A stretch of 64,000 nucleotides of DNA from Gemmatimonadota bacterium (GCA_039586795.1 JBDHJS010000014.1:32001-96000), one strand, 5' to 3'; counted from the stretch's first letter, positions 30,121 to 41,530 are shown. Numbers and translations: made by a program. Notes: generated by a model from the letters alone, not told the origin.

Positions 30121-30742
30121 GAAGACTCCCGAATTCAACGGTCTCGTCTACGTTCATGCGGACGAATCGTGCTTGGGCAATCAGTTCAGCGACCGCGCGA
30201 CACCCGGCGCCGCCGCCGGCTTGCTCGAGGTCTTCGACGAGCGCCGCGGCTGGACACGCCGCGACTACTACGTCTCCGAGCCCGACACCACCAACAATCG
30301 AATGGCGATTCGCAGCGCCATCGAGGCTTTCTCGAACTTGAAGACGCGCTGCAAGGTCGCCTTCCATTCCGACAGCAGCTACCTCATCAACGGCATGAAG
30401 GACTGGATCCACTCGTGGGCCAAGCGCGGCTGGAAGCGCAAAGCTGGCCCGATCGAGAACCTCGAGCTCTGGATCCGCCTCTGCAACGTAATCGGCGACC
30501 GCTACGAGGTCGACTGGCGCTGGGTCAGAGGTCATGCCGGCCATCCCAAGAACGAGTACGCGAACAAGCTCGCCGTAGAGGCCGCCCGCAGCCAAAAGAA
30601 CTCCCGCGGCCTGATCGACTCCGGTTTCGACGAATGGATTGCCTCGGAGCAGGAGAAGGAACGGTATATGGAGTTCCTGGATATGCCGCCCGAAGAACCG
30701 TTCGTTCCAGCGCGGCCTCCGCCATCGACCCCCCTGCTCTAG
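30119..30742 (+). CDS. rnhA: ribonuclease HI (variant active site)
   Basis: ADESCLGN, TTNNRM, SDSSY..NG...W...W..RGWK, WV.GHAGHP.NE. Confidence 0.9.
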   Translation: MKTPEFNGLVYVHADESCLGNQFSDRATPGAAAGLLEVFDERRGWTRRDYYVSEPDTTNNRMAIRSAIEAFSNLKTRCKVAFHSDSSYLINGMKDWIHSWAKRGWKRKAGPIENLELWIRLCNVIGDRYEVDWRWVRGHAGHPKNEYANKLAVEAARSQKNSRGLIDSGFDEWIASEQEKERYMEFLDMPPEEPFVPARPPPSTPLL

Positions 30743-30743
30743 G

Positions 30744-30767
30744 GAACATTGAACAAGTTCAAGGTTC
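30744..30767. repeat. short GAACATT-type inverted repeat after rnhA stop
   Basis: GAACATTGAAC-aa-GTTCAAGGTTC; same unit as 52292-52430. Confidence 0.65.
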
Positions 30768-30798
30768 ACCTGCCCCACAAAGAACCCAGCACGGCCTC

Positions 30799-30826
30799 AA
30801 AAAAAAAGGCCCGGCATAGCCGGGCC
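30799..30826 (-). terminator. intrinsic terminator after secG
   Basis: GGCCCGGC-3nt-GCCGGGCC stem with T9 tail on the minus strand. Confidence 0.85.
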
Positions 30827-30834
30827 TTCTAGAC

Positions 30835-31251
30835 TCAGTTTCCACCCTCAGGCGGCGGCGTCCCACCACCCTCCTCTTCCGTCGTCCCGCCTTCATCGCC
30901 CGTAGGCTCCAACCCCTGCACCGGAACCTGCTCGCCTTCGCGGTCGAGGATCGGCTGCGGTGCCTCCTGGACCGGGGCCTGGAACTGACCCTCGAGGATA
31001 GAGGCCGGCGCCCGCGTGCGGGCCGAGAGGATGGCCAGAAACAGAGCCAGCCCCATGAACGCGCCGCCCAGCACCCAGCTAGCCTTTGTCAGCAAAGTCG
31101 CTGCCTGGCGGCCGCCGAGGAACGAATCTGAAGAAGACGAGGCGCCTCCAAACTCCGCAGCCAGCCCCGCTCCCTTCCCCGACTGCAACAACACAACGAG
31201 GATAAGGACTGCCGCATCCAGGATCAGCAACATCAAAACAAAACCGTACAC
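30835..31251 (-). CDS. secG: preprotein translocase subunit SecG
   Basis: VLLQSGKGAGL...FGG, two TMs; follows tpiA. Confidence 0.95.
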   Translation of the reverse strand: MYGFVLMLLILDAAVLILVVLLQSGKGAGLAAEFGGASSSSDSFLGGRQAATLLTKASWVLGGAFMGLALFLAILSARTRAPASILEGQFQAPVQEAPQPILDREGEQVPVQGLEPTGDEGGTTEEEGGGTPPPEGGN

Positions 31252-31307
31252 TGCTACACCTTCTCTTTAGTCTCTGCCCAAACTCATGCCTGTCGCGAGA
31301 ACCGCCG

Positions 31308-31337
31308 AAGATATATGGGCTTAGGCTGACATGTCAA
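31308..31337 (-). promoter_or_regulatory. probable secG promoter
   Basis: TTGACA, 18 nt spacer, TATCTT. Confidence 0.5.
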
Positions 31338-31339
31338 CG

Positions 31340-32101
31340 TCAGCCCCCCTGGCAGATACGAGCGAAGTCCTCCGCCTTCAGGCTGGCTCCGCCTACCAGC
31401 GCGCCGTCAATCTCCGGAGCGACAAGAAGCTCATCGATGTTGCTCGGTTTCACACTGCCGCCGTAGATCACCGGTATGGCGCGGCCAGAGCCCGCGCCGA
31501 CCCGCCCCGTCAGCAGTCCGCGAATCAGCTCGTGCACCGCGTTCGCGTCATCCGCGCTCGCCGTTCGGCCCGTCCCGATCGCCCACACCGGCTCGTAGGC
31601 GATGACGCACGCCGCGACCTGCTCATCGTCGAGGCGGCTCAGCCCCGCTTCCAACTGTCGACTGACCACCGCCTCGACTTCACCCCGGTCCCGCTCCTCC
31701 AGTTGCTCTCCGACGCACAGCACCGGGGTCAGACCCGCAGCCGCGATCGCTTCCACTTTCCGCGACACGTCCTCGTCGCTGTCACCGAAGACGTGTCGAC
31801 GCTCCGAGTGACCCGCGAGCGCGAAGGCCGCTCCAGCATCTTTGGCGAGCGGAGCCGAGATCGATCCCGTGTAGGCTCCGCCTGACTCCCAATAGACATC
31901 CTGCACACCCAAGAGCAGGTCCGGCCGGTCACTGGCCGCCGCTTTGAACTCGGCCAGCGAAAGCGCCGGAGGGAAGAAGACGACGGTGCGGTCCTCAACG
32001 GGAGGGTAGAGTTCGACGAACGACGTCACGAATTCTCGTGTCGCCGTCGGCCCATGATTCATCTTCCAATTGCCGCCCAGGAAAGGAACTCGAAACATCA
32101 T
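31340..32101 (-). CDS. tpiA: triosephosphate isomerase
   Basis: GNWKMN, GHSERR, AYEPVWAIGTG, YGGSV, LVGGASL; ATGA overlap with pgk stop. Confidence 0.98.
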   Translation of the reverse strand: MMFRVPFLGGNWKMNHGPTATREFVTSFVELYPPVEDRTVVFFPPALSLAEFKAAASDRPDLLLGVQDVYWESGGAYTGSISAPLAKDAGAAFALAGHSERRHVFGDSDEDVSRKVEAIAAAGLTPVLCVGEQLEERDRGEVEAVVSRQLEAGLSRLDDEQVAACVIAYEPVWAIGTGRTASADDANAVHELIRGLLTGRVGAGSGRAIPVIYGGSVKPSNIDELLVAPEIDGALVGGASLKAEDFARICQGG

Positions 32102-33303
32102 CGTCCCTCGCTGTCGGAAAGCGCCGTCACTCCGGGCAGCTCGTTCCCGGCTAGAAATTCGAGCGTCGCACCTCCGCCGGTGGACACGTGCGTTACTTGA
32201 CTGCCGAGGTCGAAGCTGGCGACCGCCGCCGCGGTGTCTCCACCACCGACCACGCTCGTCGCACCCTGCGCGGTAGCTGCCACCACGCCCTCGGCCACGA
32301 CCCTGGACGCGGCTTCGAAGGGCGGGTGCTCGAACGCACCGACAGGACCATTCCACAGCACGGTCTTGGCCTCGGCCGCGATGTTCTTGAACTCGTCCGC
32401 GGAGCTGGGGCCGATATCGAGCAGCATCAGATCTTCAGGGATCTCCTCGACTGGGACGGTCGTCGCCCGATCGCCCGCATCAAGACCCGGCGCGACGACG
32501 GCATCCGTCGGAAGCACCAGCGCATCTCCAGCCCGCTCCATCAGCGTCGCCGCCACGCCCACCAGCTCTTCTTCGACCAGCGAGCGACCTGTTTCGAGCC
32601 CCATGGCCCTCAGGAACGTGCAGGCCATGGCCCCGCCGACGCAGAGGCGGTCCACCCGTTTCAGCATGTTCTCGATCAGATCGATCTTACCGCTCACCTT
32701 GGCGCCACCCAGGATCGTGACGAACGGGCGCTTCGGATCGGTCAGCAGTCCGCCCAGGTACTCCAACTCCCGCTCCATCAACAAGCCGGCGACGGCCAGT
32801 TCCATGAACCCGGCAACGCCTTCAGTTGAAGCGTGCGCCCGGTGTGCCGTACCGAACGCGTCGTTGACGAATAGATCGCCAAGTCTGGACAGTTCCTCGG
32901 CCATCGATAAATCGTTCTTGGTTTCCCGCGGATCGAACCGGGTGTTCTGCAGTAACAGCACATGGCCTGGCTCCAGATCGTTGCTGGCGGCGACAGCCTC
33001 CGGCGTGGTCGTGCCGTCGACGAACAGCACATCGCCATCCATTAACTCTGACAGCCGTGTCGCCGCAGGACGCAGCGAGTACTTCTCGTTCCGCTCGCCC
33101 TTTGGCCGCCCCATATGCGACATGAGGATGATCCGCGCGCCCGCGTCCCGCAGATAGTGCAACGTTGGAAGCGTCGCTCGAATTCGGCTGTCGTCCGTAA
33201 CGTTCCCGCCGTCATCCAGTGGAACGTTGTAATCGACGCGAACCAGGGCGCGCTTTCCTCGCAGCTGCCCGGCACCTACATCGCGAACTGTCTTCTTCTG
33301 CAT
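32098..33303 (-). CDS. pgk: phosphoglycerate kinase
   Basis: RVDYNVP, SHMGRP, NDAFGTAHR, GGAKVS.K, STGGGA. Confidence 0.98.
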   Translation of the reverse strand: MQKKTVRDVGAGQLRGKRALVRVDYNVPLDDGGNVTDDSRIRATLPTLHYLRDAGARIILMSHMGRPKGERNEKYSLRPAATRLSELMDGDVLFVDGTTTPEAVAASNDLEPGHVLLLQNTRFDPRETKNDLSMAEELSRLGDLFVNDAFGTAHRAHASTEGVAGFMELAVAGLLMERELEYLGGLLTDPKRPFVTILGGAKVSGKIDLIENMLKRVDRLCVGGAMACTFLRAMGLETGRSLVEEELVGVAATLMERAGDALVLPTDAVVAPGLDAGDRATTVPVEEIPEDLMLLDIGPSSADEFKNIAAEAKTVLWNGPVGAFEHPPFEAASRVVAEGVVAATAQGATSVVGGGDTAAAVASFDLGSQVTHVSTGGGATLEFLAGNELPGVTALSDSEGR

Positions 33304-33315
33304 TCCGCTGCTCCG

Positions 33316-34329
<1,014 letters not shown>

Positions 34330-34472
34330 TTAGGGCCTCCCTCATGGGTAGTCATATCGTCCATCTCATCTAATAAGCCCGTCTTGGATGTCACTACATT
34401 ACGACCGGGTCGCCCAGGCGGAAAGAGCCTCCGATGCCCTCCACCGCCCAGAATCCCAGCAATAGGGCTATC

Positions 34473-35561
34473 CTAAACCTTACCCGGCAGCGCCAGCTCC
34501 ATCCGGCTGCCGACTTTTCTAAGCAACGCTTCACGACGACGCTCGAGACGCTTATCCCGCGTCAACACGCCGTGGATCCCCTTGATGAACGGCGTGACGA
34601 ACGCGATCCCCGCTCCTATGTAAAAGCCGGGAATGTCCACGTAAATCCCCGTCACTCCCCTGATCACCGCCTCGCCGAACACCGAGAGCGCGAAGAACCC
34701 GGCGATACCGCCTCCGATGAAGCTGCCGAAAGCATGGCCTATGACATCGCGCGGGAAGCCCACTGCCGCGTCGTACTTCACCTTCATTTCCACGTAGGCA
34801 GGGACGAATTCGTTCGCCACGATCTGCGTCTGCCGCTCTGTGATCCGCGGGGTCCCCGGCTCCCTCCTCCTGTTGACCTCGTCTAAATACTCGATCGTCC
34901 GTCCTCGCAGGACCTCCACATCGGTCGTGCTTTCGACCTCGAAGTGAAGGAACGCCTCCACCGCTTGCAGCACACCCTGCATACGGACCGAGGACGAGAG
35001 CGAGGTCGATTCCAACACTTCGGCGAGCGCGTGGCTCCGATCGCTCTGGTAAGTCTCGAGCCCCTCGCGAGTCAACGATGTGACGTTCGTCAGATGCCGG
35101 ACTGCGGTGATCACGCGCTCAGCAAGCTCGGCCACGAAACCAGATTCGAGCTGCACGTTACGGCTGCCACTCTCACGACGCCCCGACACGTCTGAGTCTT
35201 CAAGCTCACCGCCGAGGAACAGGTGCTCGGTCTCCGCAGCCTCAACCGCCCGCTCCGTTGACTCCAGCGTCTTCACCTGAACAGCCGCTCGTACGACCTC
35301 GTCCATGAACCCGTACAGTCCACGCTCCACTTGCGCGATTTCACCGCCCACTCGCAGGCTGCGAGGTATTTCGTACTCGTGCCCGATGGGAGGTAGCGAG
35401 TCTCCGATCTTCGCTTCGATGCGCGCCACCACGGCGCCTGGCAGCACCAGTAAACGGCTACGGCGATCGACCTGATAGCCGACCGTGATCAGCAGCCCCA
35501 ACGCCTCGAAGAACGTGGAGTTGTCCTTCTCTGAATAACGGGTGGGAATCAGAGTGGTCAT
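34473..35561 (-). CDS. hypothetical protein with C-terminal Gly-rich hydrophobic hairpin
   Basis: 362-aa ORF filling the comF-gap gap; two hydrophobic segments followed by a basic tail. Confidence 0.75.
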   Translation of the reverse strand: MTTLIPTRYSEKDNSTFFEALGLLITVGYQVDRRSRLLVLPGAVVARIEAKIGDSLPPIGHEYEIPRSLRVGGEIAQVERGLYGFMDEVVRAAVQVKTLESTERAVEAAETEHLFLGGELEDSDVSGRRESGSRNVQLESGFVAELAERVITAVRHLTNVTSLTREGLETYQSDRSHALAEVLESTSLSSSVRMQGVLQAVEAFLHFEVESTTDVEVLRGRTIEYLDEVNRRREPGTPRITERQTQIVANEFVPAYVEMKVKYDAAVGFPRDVIGHAFGSFIGGGIAGFFALSVFGEAVIRGVTGIYVDIPGFYIGAGIAFVTPFIKGIHGVLTRDKRLERRREALLRKVGSRMELALPGKV

Positions 35562-35657
35562 ACAACGCCGAGCCGGCGTACGGCGGGTCTCTCATCCTCG
35601 CTCATGCGCCTACAATACCGCGACGGCGGGGGCGGTCAAGGCTGGAAATCCCCCGAC

Positions 35658-36422
35658 CTACGACCTCTCGCTGACCGGAAGCTCGGGCCGCGCTCGCGCG
35701 AATGTCAGAACACTGACCGCGCGTGCCCCGCCCAGGCAGAGCGCTCGCACACAATCCTGCGCCGTCGCCGCGGTCGTGAGCACATCATCGACCAACACCA
35801 GGTGAGCATCATCGATGTCCTCACGATTCGCTGTCGCCACGGTGAAAGCGCCGGCCACGTTAAGTCGCCTTTCTCTCGGCGCCAAACGCGCTTGCCTTCG
35901 AGTATCCCGGCTGCGTATCAACACGCCAGTGAGCAGCGGCCAGCCGCGCTCCGCCGAAACCGCTCGCGCCAACTGCTCTGCCTGGTTGAAGCCCCGTTCC
36001 CGCAGCCGTGTTTCGCTCAAGGGAACGGGGACCGTTCCCTTGATCTCGTTCTCGATGGCCGCCGAGAACCTCGTCGCGGCCATACGACGCCCCATCTCGC
36101 CCGCCAGACCCGCCCAACCCTTGTATTTCAGGGCGTGGACGACAGCCGCTGCGGTGCCAGCCATTCGGTAGGGCGCCCGGGACTCCCTGAGGTACGGTAG
36201 CCAATCACCGCACTCGGTGCAGCTTGAGCTTGTGACCCCTATCCCTATGTCTTGTAACGAGATACCGCATCTGTCGCAGTGGGGATATCGTTGGCTTGGG
36301 GCTCGGGCCCAGCAGACTCCACAGACCCGACTCTCGCGCCGGGAGAGGGGATCACCGCATATCGCGCAGACGGGTGGGAGTAGCCGATCGAGCCAGCGGC
36401 GAAGTGCGGCTCTGTTTCCCAT
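35658..36422 (-). CDS. comF: ComF family phosphoribosyltransferase-like protein
   Basis: CAIC/CGVC/CDRC/CTEC zinc ribbon, ERGFNQA, LVDDVLTT.AT. Confidence 0.93.
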   Translation of the reverse strand: MGNRAALRRWLDRLLPPVCAICGDPLSRRESRVCGVCWARAPSQRYPHCDRCGISLQDIGIGVTSSSCTECGDWLPYLRESRAPYRMAGTAAAVVHALKYKGWAGLAGEMGRRMAATRFSAAIENEIKGTVPVPLSETRLRERGFNQAEQLARAVSAERGWPLLTGVLIRSRDTRRQARLAPRERRLNVAGAFTVATANREDIDDAHLVLVDDVLTTAATAQDCVRALCLGGARAVSVLTFARARPELPVSERS

Positions 36423-36481
36423 GTCCGGGAATCTCGCACAACCTGATCAAAGAAACATGAACAGGAGTGCGAGTACGAAGT

Positions 36482-37759
36482 CTAATCGAAACGTGGGTTT
36501 ACAACGTTGTTGAAGATCGAGCCAAACGTATAACTGATGCTCACCCCGAACCGAATCCGGAAGTCGGTTCCCAACTCCCTTCTCCGCAACAAGACCTCCT
36601 CGTCCGTCGCACCTTCCCGCGCCAGGAAGATCTGATCCTTGATCCGCGAGAACGACCCGTTGAGGTTCAGTTGCAGGCCCCTGACGAGACGGACGTTCAG
36701 AAAGCCCCCGACATCCAGCCTGTGCAGCGCCGGATCATCGATGAAGTTGCTGCCCTCAACTCTGAAGTTGATCGTCCCGAACGGCTGCTTCGTCGTGTAG
36801 GACACCTCCAGCGACTGCGACGGTCGCCACTCTTCCAGCTTGTCGAAGATCGTGACCTCTTCGTAGTCCCAGTAGTTGATCCCGATGAAGTAGGTGAACG
36901 TCAGCTCGCGCCAGGTCGATTGGTCGTAGGGAAAGAAGTTCCACTCGACTGCCGGCCCGAGGTTCCATGTGAAGTCCTGGTTTCGAAACGTCGATACGCG
37001 CGCCTCAGTGACACCGCCAGCCGACCAATGCTGGCCCAGGCTCCTCGCGATGAAGAACCAGCCGCCGTACTCCCGGGCGAAGCTCTGCGTTCGCGTTCCG
37101 TCGCTGAACTCGAATCGATCGTCGGCATAAAAACCGCTGAAGCCCGTCCGGATCTTCCAGTCAAGCGTCGTTCGGTTCGCCGATATCGATGTGTTTGCAG
37201 AAAACGATTCCTGTCGTTGCTCGGCGCGGTAGTTGCCCCCTACCCTCACTCGGAAAATCCAAAAATTCCAAGGGTCGTGCGGAACCTGCATCTCCGCCGC
37301 CGCCATCGCCGTTGGCAGTTCGTACTGAACCTGGATCCGTTCCGCTTCAGCCGTTCGCGCGGCGTAACGGATCAGACCCAGCCCTATCATATGTGTGAGC
37401 CCAGTCCTGACTTCATCCTCAGTGTCGGTATCGCTCGAAAAGTAGAATAGGGTATCACCCAGCGTCTCGAATTCCTCCAGGCCGATGAACTCGATCGTGA
37501 ACTCGTCTCCCCCACCGCCCGTTCTGCGAGTGGTGATCAGAATGTGGACCTGAGCCACCTCCCGATCTCGCACGTAATTCACGAACGTGATCTCTCGGCG
37601 GAAGAAATCGAAGTCGCAGTAGCGGCTGCGGCAGTCCATGAACACTCGCAGCGCTTCGCTTGGCGCCTGCAGGGAATCTGCCTCCTGGGCGACGGCGACC
37701 ACGCCGCCCGGGGCAGTAAGTCCCACGCAGACTGCAAGAGCCCTCAGTACCACCCTCAT
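36482..37759 (-). CDS. putative outer-membrane beta-barrel protein
   Basis: Signal peptide, N-terminal DC...CD domain, amphipathic aromatic strands, terminal YTFGSIFNNVVNPRF. Confidence 0.8.
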   Translation of the reverse strand: MRVVLRALAVCVGLTAPGGVVAVAQEADSLQAPSEALRVFMDCRSRYCDFDFFRREITFVNYVRDREVAQVHILITTRRTGGGGDEFTIEFIGLEEFETLGDTLFYFSSDTDTEDEVRTGLTHMIGLGLIRYAARTAEAERIQVQYELPTAMAAAEMQVPHDPWNFWIFRVRVGGNYRAEQRQESFSANTSISANRTTLDWKIRTGFSGFYADDRFEFSDGTRTQSFAREYGGWFFIARSLGQHWSAGGVTEARVSTFRNQDFTWNLGPAVEWNFFPYDQSTWRELTFTYFIGINYWDYEEVTIFDKLEEWRPSQSLEVSYTTKQPFGTINFRVEGSNFIDDPALHRLDVGGFLNVRLVRGLQLNLNGSFSRIKDQIFLAREGATDEEVLLRRRELGTDFRIRFGVSISYTFGSIFNNVVNPRFD

Positions 37760-37952
37760 GTCATCTCCCCTCATGACCGACACATAGCAACGACCACTTC
37801 CAGTACTTTAGGTGCAAAGATCGCGCCCCCGATAGACCGCGACGCATCTAGCCTACACAACCTCGTCTCCGTACTATGCGACGTTCCGAAAAGCCCTAAC
37901 TGGTTGGCAGAAGGCGATTGCCGACTGCGACGCAAGTACGGAGAGGACGCCC

Positions 37953-39431
37953 ATGATCCGCCCCTGTCGTTCCCGCATGATTCTCCTGGCGGCCGTCATC
38001 TTCGGCACGGTTTCGTGCGCGCGCCAGCCGACGCGGCCGCAGAACATCGTTCTCATTCTCGCCGATGACCTCGGTTACGGCGAGCTGGGAAGTTACGGTC
38101 AGCAGCACATCCGCACGCCCAATATCGACCGCCTCGCCCAGGAAGGCATGCGGTTCACGGACCACTACTCGGGCAGCCCGGTCTGCGCGCCATCCCGCGA
38201 CGTGCTGCTCACCGGCCTACATACAGGCCACTCCTACATTCGTGACAACGATGAGATGTACGAGCGAGGCGATGTCTGGCACGACCCTGATCTCGAGGGT
38301 CAACGCCCAATACTGCCGAACACCTACACCATCGGTCGATTGCTGCAAGACGCTGGCTACGTGACCGGTGCGATTGGCAAATGGGGGCTGGGTGGACCGG
38401 GAAGCAGCGGCGAGCCAAATCAACAGGGCTTCGATCACTGGTATGGATACCTGTGCCAGCGAATCGCTCATAACTACTACCCGACTCACCTTTGGAAGAA
38501 CGGCGAAAAAGACCTTCTCGAGGGAAACGAGTACTTCTACCCTCACCAGCGACTACCGGAGGACACCGACCCCAACGACCCGGCATCGTATACACCGTAC
38601 TCCGGCGCCGTCTACTCCATGGACGCGATGGTCGAGGACGCGCTTCAGTTCATTCGAGCCAACAAGGACAATCCTTTCTTCCTGTACCTTCCGTTCCCCG
38701 TCCCTCACGTTTCGCTACAGGTGCCAGATGAGTCCGTTCAGGAATACGACGGCGCGTTCGACGAGACACCATACACCGGTGACAAGGGGTACCTGCCGCA
38801 CAGAACGCCCCGAGCGGCGTACGCGGCGATGATCACGAGGATGGATCGGGAGATCGGTCGCATCATGGCCACGCTGGATGAACTGGGCCTCGACGATAAC
38901 ACGCTCGTCTTCTTCACCAGCGACAACGGCCCGACCTTCAACGGCGGAACCGACTCGGACTTCTTCAACAGCGCCGGGGTCCTGCGCGGACTCAAGACTC
39001 AACTGTACGAAGGCGGGATCCGCGTCCCGTTGATCGCCCGCTGGCCTGCGGCGATTCGCCCCGGGACCGTTAGCGACCACGCCTCTGCCTTCTGGGACTT
39101 TCTCCCTACCCTGGCCGATCTCGTTGACGTAGAGCCTCCCGTCGAGGTCGACGGGATCTCCATCGCCCCTACCCTGCTCGGAAGACGCGGGCAGGCCAAG
39201 CACGAGTACCTCTACTGGGAGTATTTCGGTCGCCAGGCCGTGAGGTTGGGCGATTGGAAGGCTTACAGAAAGAGCGTCGATAGCCCCATCGAACTTTACG
39301 ACTTGAGCACTGACATCGGGGAGCAGAACGACGTCGCTTCCGATTATCCCGAGGTCGTTCAGCGTATCGTCGAAATCATGCAGAGCGCTCGCACCGAGTC
39401 CGAGCTCTTCCCACTTGTTAGAAAGGAATGA
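37953..39431 (+). CDS. arylsulfatase (formylglycine-dependent, Cys-type), lipoprotein
   Basis: NIVLILADDLG, CAPSR..LLTG, GKW, SDNG, K..LYEGG.RVP; lipobox VSC. Confidence 0.95.
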   Translation: MIRPCRSRMILLAAVIFGTVSCARQPTRPQNIVLILADDLGYGELGSYGQQHIRTPNIDRLAQEGMRFTDHYSGSPVCAPSRDVLLTGLHTGHSYIRDNDEMYERGDVWHDPDLEGQRPILPNTYTIGRLLQDAGYVTGAIGKWGLGGPGSSGEPNQQGFDHWYGYLCQRIAHNYYPTHLWKNGEKDLLEGNEYFYPHQRLPEDTDPNDPASYTPYSGAVYSMDAMVEDALQFIRANKDNPFFLYLPFPVPHVSLQVPDESVQEYDGAFDETPYTGDKGYLPHRTPRAAYAAMITRMDREIGRIMATLDELGLDDNTLVFFTSDNGPTFNGGTDSDFFNSAGVLRGLKTQLYEGGIRVPLIARWPAAIRPGTVSDHASAFWDFLPTLADLVDVEPPVEVDGISIAPTLLGRRGQAKHEYLYWEYFGRQAVRLGDWKAYRKSVDSPIELYDLSTDIGEQNDVASDYPEVVQRIVEIMQSARTESELFPLVRKE

Positions 39432-39985
39432 ACGTGGGTAAACGAAGCATTCTCAAGCTCTCTCTTGCCATTACGACGCTGACTGCGCTCATCGCCTGCT
39501 CAGCCGGGTCGGATCCGGCGTCATCGAGTGGCACACTCTTGCCCGACCAACTCCACGGTCTACCTCAAATCGCATCCGACTCCGGTGAGGCTGCCGTGGG
39601 AATGATCGCACGGCTTCACAAGGCCTCCGTGGCTCCAATCAACAGCCACATCGGCGTGTACGGGATCGAAGGCATGCAGGCCGTTCTCTACGTCAGCCGT
39701 TTCGAGACTGACGCCAAGGCCGACTCGCAAATGGCATTGATGGCCGAAAGGATTGGAGCCGGTACCGAGGCGTTCGGCCACTTCAAGACCTTCGAGTTGG
39801 ATGGAAGGCCGGTCAGCCAGGTGTTCGGCAACGGCCAGGTTCACTACTTCTTCGTGGAAGGCCACGATCTAAAGTGGCTCGCTGCACCCCCGGCGTTGGC
39901 CCGGCCGATGGTAGCCGAGATCATGGGCATCGCGTTGGACGCAATCCCGCCTCTCGCCAGCGATGACCAGGCCAGCACCCTGTAG
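39428..39985 (+). CDS. hypothetical lipoprotein
   Basis: Signal with lipobox LIAC; ATGA-coupled to the upstream sulfatase. Confidence 0.75.
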   Translation: MNVGKRSILKLSLAITTLTALIACSAGSDPASSSGTLLPDQLHGLPQIASDSGEAAVGMIARLHKASVAPINSHIGVYGIEGMQAVLYVSRFETDAKADSQMALMAERIGAGTEAFGHFKTFELDGRPVSQVFGNGQVHYFFVEGHDLKWLAAPPALARPMVAEIMGIALDAIPPLASDDQASTL

Positions 39986-40023
39986 CGACTTCGCTTCGAA
40001 GTCCGTACGGAGGGAGCGACATC

Positions 40024-41520
40024 ATGCGTAACACGTCCTGGTTCGGGCTGGCGCTACTGGCGTGCATCGGCTGCCAGGGGCCGGCCGAGCCGCCGAACAT
40101 CATTTTCATTTTCGCCGACGATCACGCATCCCACGCGATCAGCGCGTACGGGTCATCGATCAACCGGACACCCAACATCGACCGGTTGGCCCGCGAAGGC
40201 ATGATCTTTCAGAACGCTTTCGTCACCAACTCAATCTGCGCGCCCAGTCGCGCCGTGATCCTCACGGGCAAGCACAGCCACCTCAACGGCGTCATGACCA
40301 ACCGCGAGCGGTTTGACAGCACGCAGGTCACCTTCCCGATGCTGCTTCAGTCCGCCGGTTATCAGACTGCCATCGTCGGAAAATGGCACCTGAAGAGCCC
40401 GCCCGTCGGCTTCGACCATTGGGAAGTGCTACCCGGGCAGGGCACCTACTACAACCCCGACTTCCGCACCATCGACGGCATCGTTGAGCACACGGGCTAC
40501 GTCACCGACATCATCACCGACAAGGTGCTGGACTGGCTGAAGAATGGCCGCGATGCGACGCGACCATTCATGCTCATGTACCAGCATAAAGCGCCGCACC
40601 GACGCTGGGAGCCCGGGCCCGACCATCTCACGTTGTACGATGACGCGACGATCCCGGAGCCCGAGACGCTGTTCGACGACTACGTGAACCGAACCAGCGC
40701 GGCGCGCACCCAGGAGATGACGGTCTCGGAGCATCTATTCGATAGAGACCTCAAGTTCGTGCCGCCGCCTCAACTCAACGAGGAACAGTTGGCGACGTGG
40801 AACGCGGTCTACGAGCCAAAGAACGAAGCGTTGCGTGCAAGCTCGCTGTCAGGCGACGACCGCATTCGCTGGAACTACCAGCGCTACATAAAGGACTACC
40901 TGCGGACCATCGCATCCATCGACGATAATCTCGGCCGCCTGCTCGCGTTTCTCGACGAATCCGGGCTAGCCGACAACACGGTCGTCATCTACAGCTCGGA
41001 TCAGGGCTTCTACCTCGGCGATCACGGCTGGTACGACAAGCGATGGATGTACGAGGAGTCGCTGCGCATGCCACTGGTCGTGCGCTGGCCGGGTGTAGTA
41101 GAGGCTGGCTCCGAAAACAGCGACCTCGTACAAAACCTCGACTTCGCTCAGACGTTTCTCGAGATGGCCGGTTTAGCGGCGCCAGCGGACATGCAGGGAC
41201 ACAGTCTCGTGCCCTTGTTGCGCGGTACGAAGCCCGCCGATTGGCGCGATGCGATCTACTATCAGTACTTCGAGTATCCCGGCCCGCACATGGTCCGTCG
41301 ACACTACGGCGTGCGCACCGATCGCTACAAGCTGATCTACTACTACGAGATCGACGAGTGGGAACTGTTCGACCTCGTAAGCGATCCAAACGAACTGAGG
41401 AATGTCTACGACGATCCGGCCAACGCTGAGAGAATAGAAGAACTCGAGCGTGTACTTCTAGAGCTTCGAGAACTATACGAGGTCCCAGAAGACGACCCCG
41501 TTCCGTACCCGACGGAGTGA
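40024..41520 (+). CDS. sulfatase (Cys-type, carbohydrate-sulfatase-like), lipoprotein
   Basis: [50 protein letters not shown]. Confidence 0.95.
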   Translation: MRNTSWFGLALLACIGCQGPAEPPNIIFIFADDHASHAISAYGSSINRTPNIDRLAREGMIFQNAFVTNSICAPSRAVILTGKHSHLNGVMTNRERFDSTQVTFPMLLQSAGYQTAIVGKWHLKSPPVGFDHWEVLPGQGTYYNPDFRTIDGIVEHTGYVTDIITDKVLDWLKNGRDATRPFMLMYQHKAPHRRWEPGPDHLTLYDDATIPEPETLFDDYVNRTSAARTQEMTVSEHLFDRDLKFVPPPQLNEEQLATWNAVYEPKNEALRASSLSGDDRIRWNYQRYIKDYLRTIASIDDNLGRLLAFLDESGLADNTVVIYSSDQGFYLGDHGWYDKRWMYEESLRMPLVVRWPGVVEAGSENSDLVQNLDFAQTFLEMAGLAAPADMQGHSLVPLLRGTKPADWRDAIYYQYFEYPGPHMVRRHYGVRTDRYKLIYYYEIDEWELFDLVSDPNELRNVYDDPANAERIEELERVLLELRELYEVPEDDPVPYPTE

Positions 41521-41530
41521 GGAATACGGC

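Noticed and set aside
29317..30819. 500-aa plus-strand ORF
   Set aside because: Antisense to carA and out of frame over rnhA; Arg-rich with no recognisable domain.
30827..30834. tRNA downstream of secG
   Set aside because: secG is followed directly by a terminator; no cloverleaf is present.
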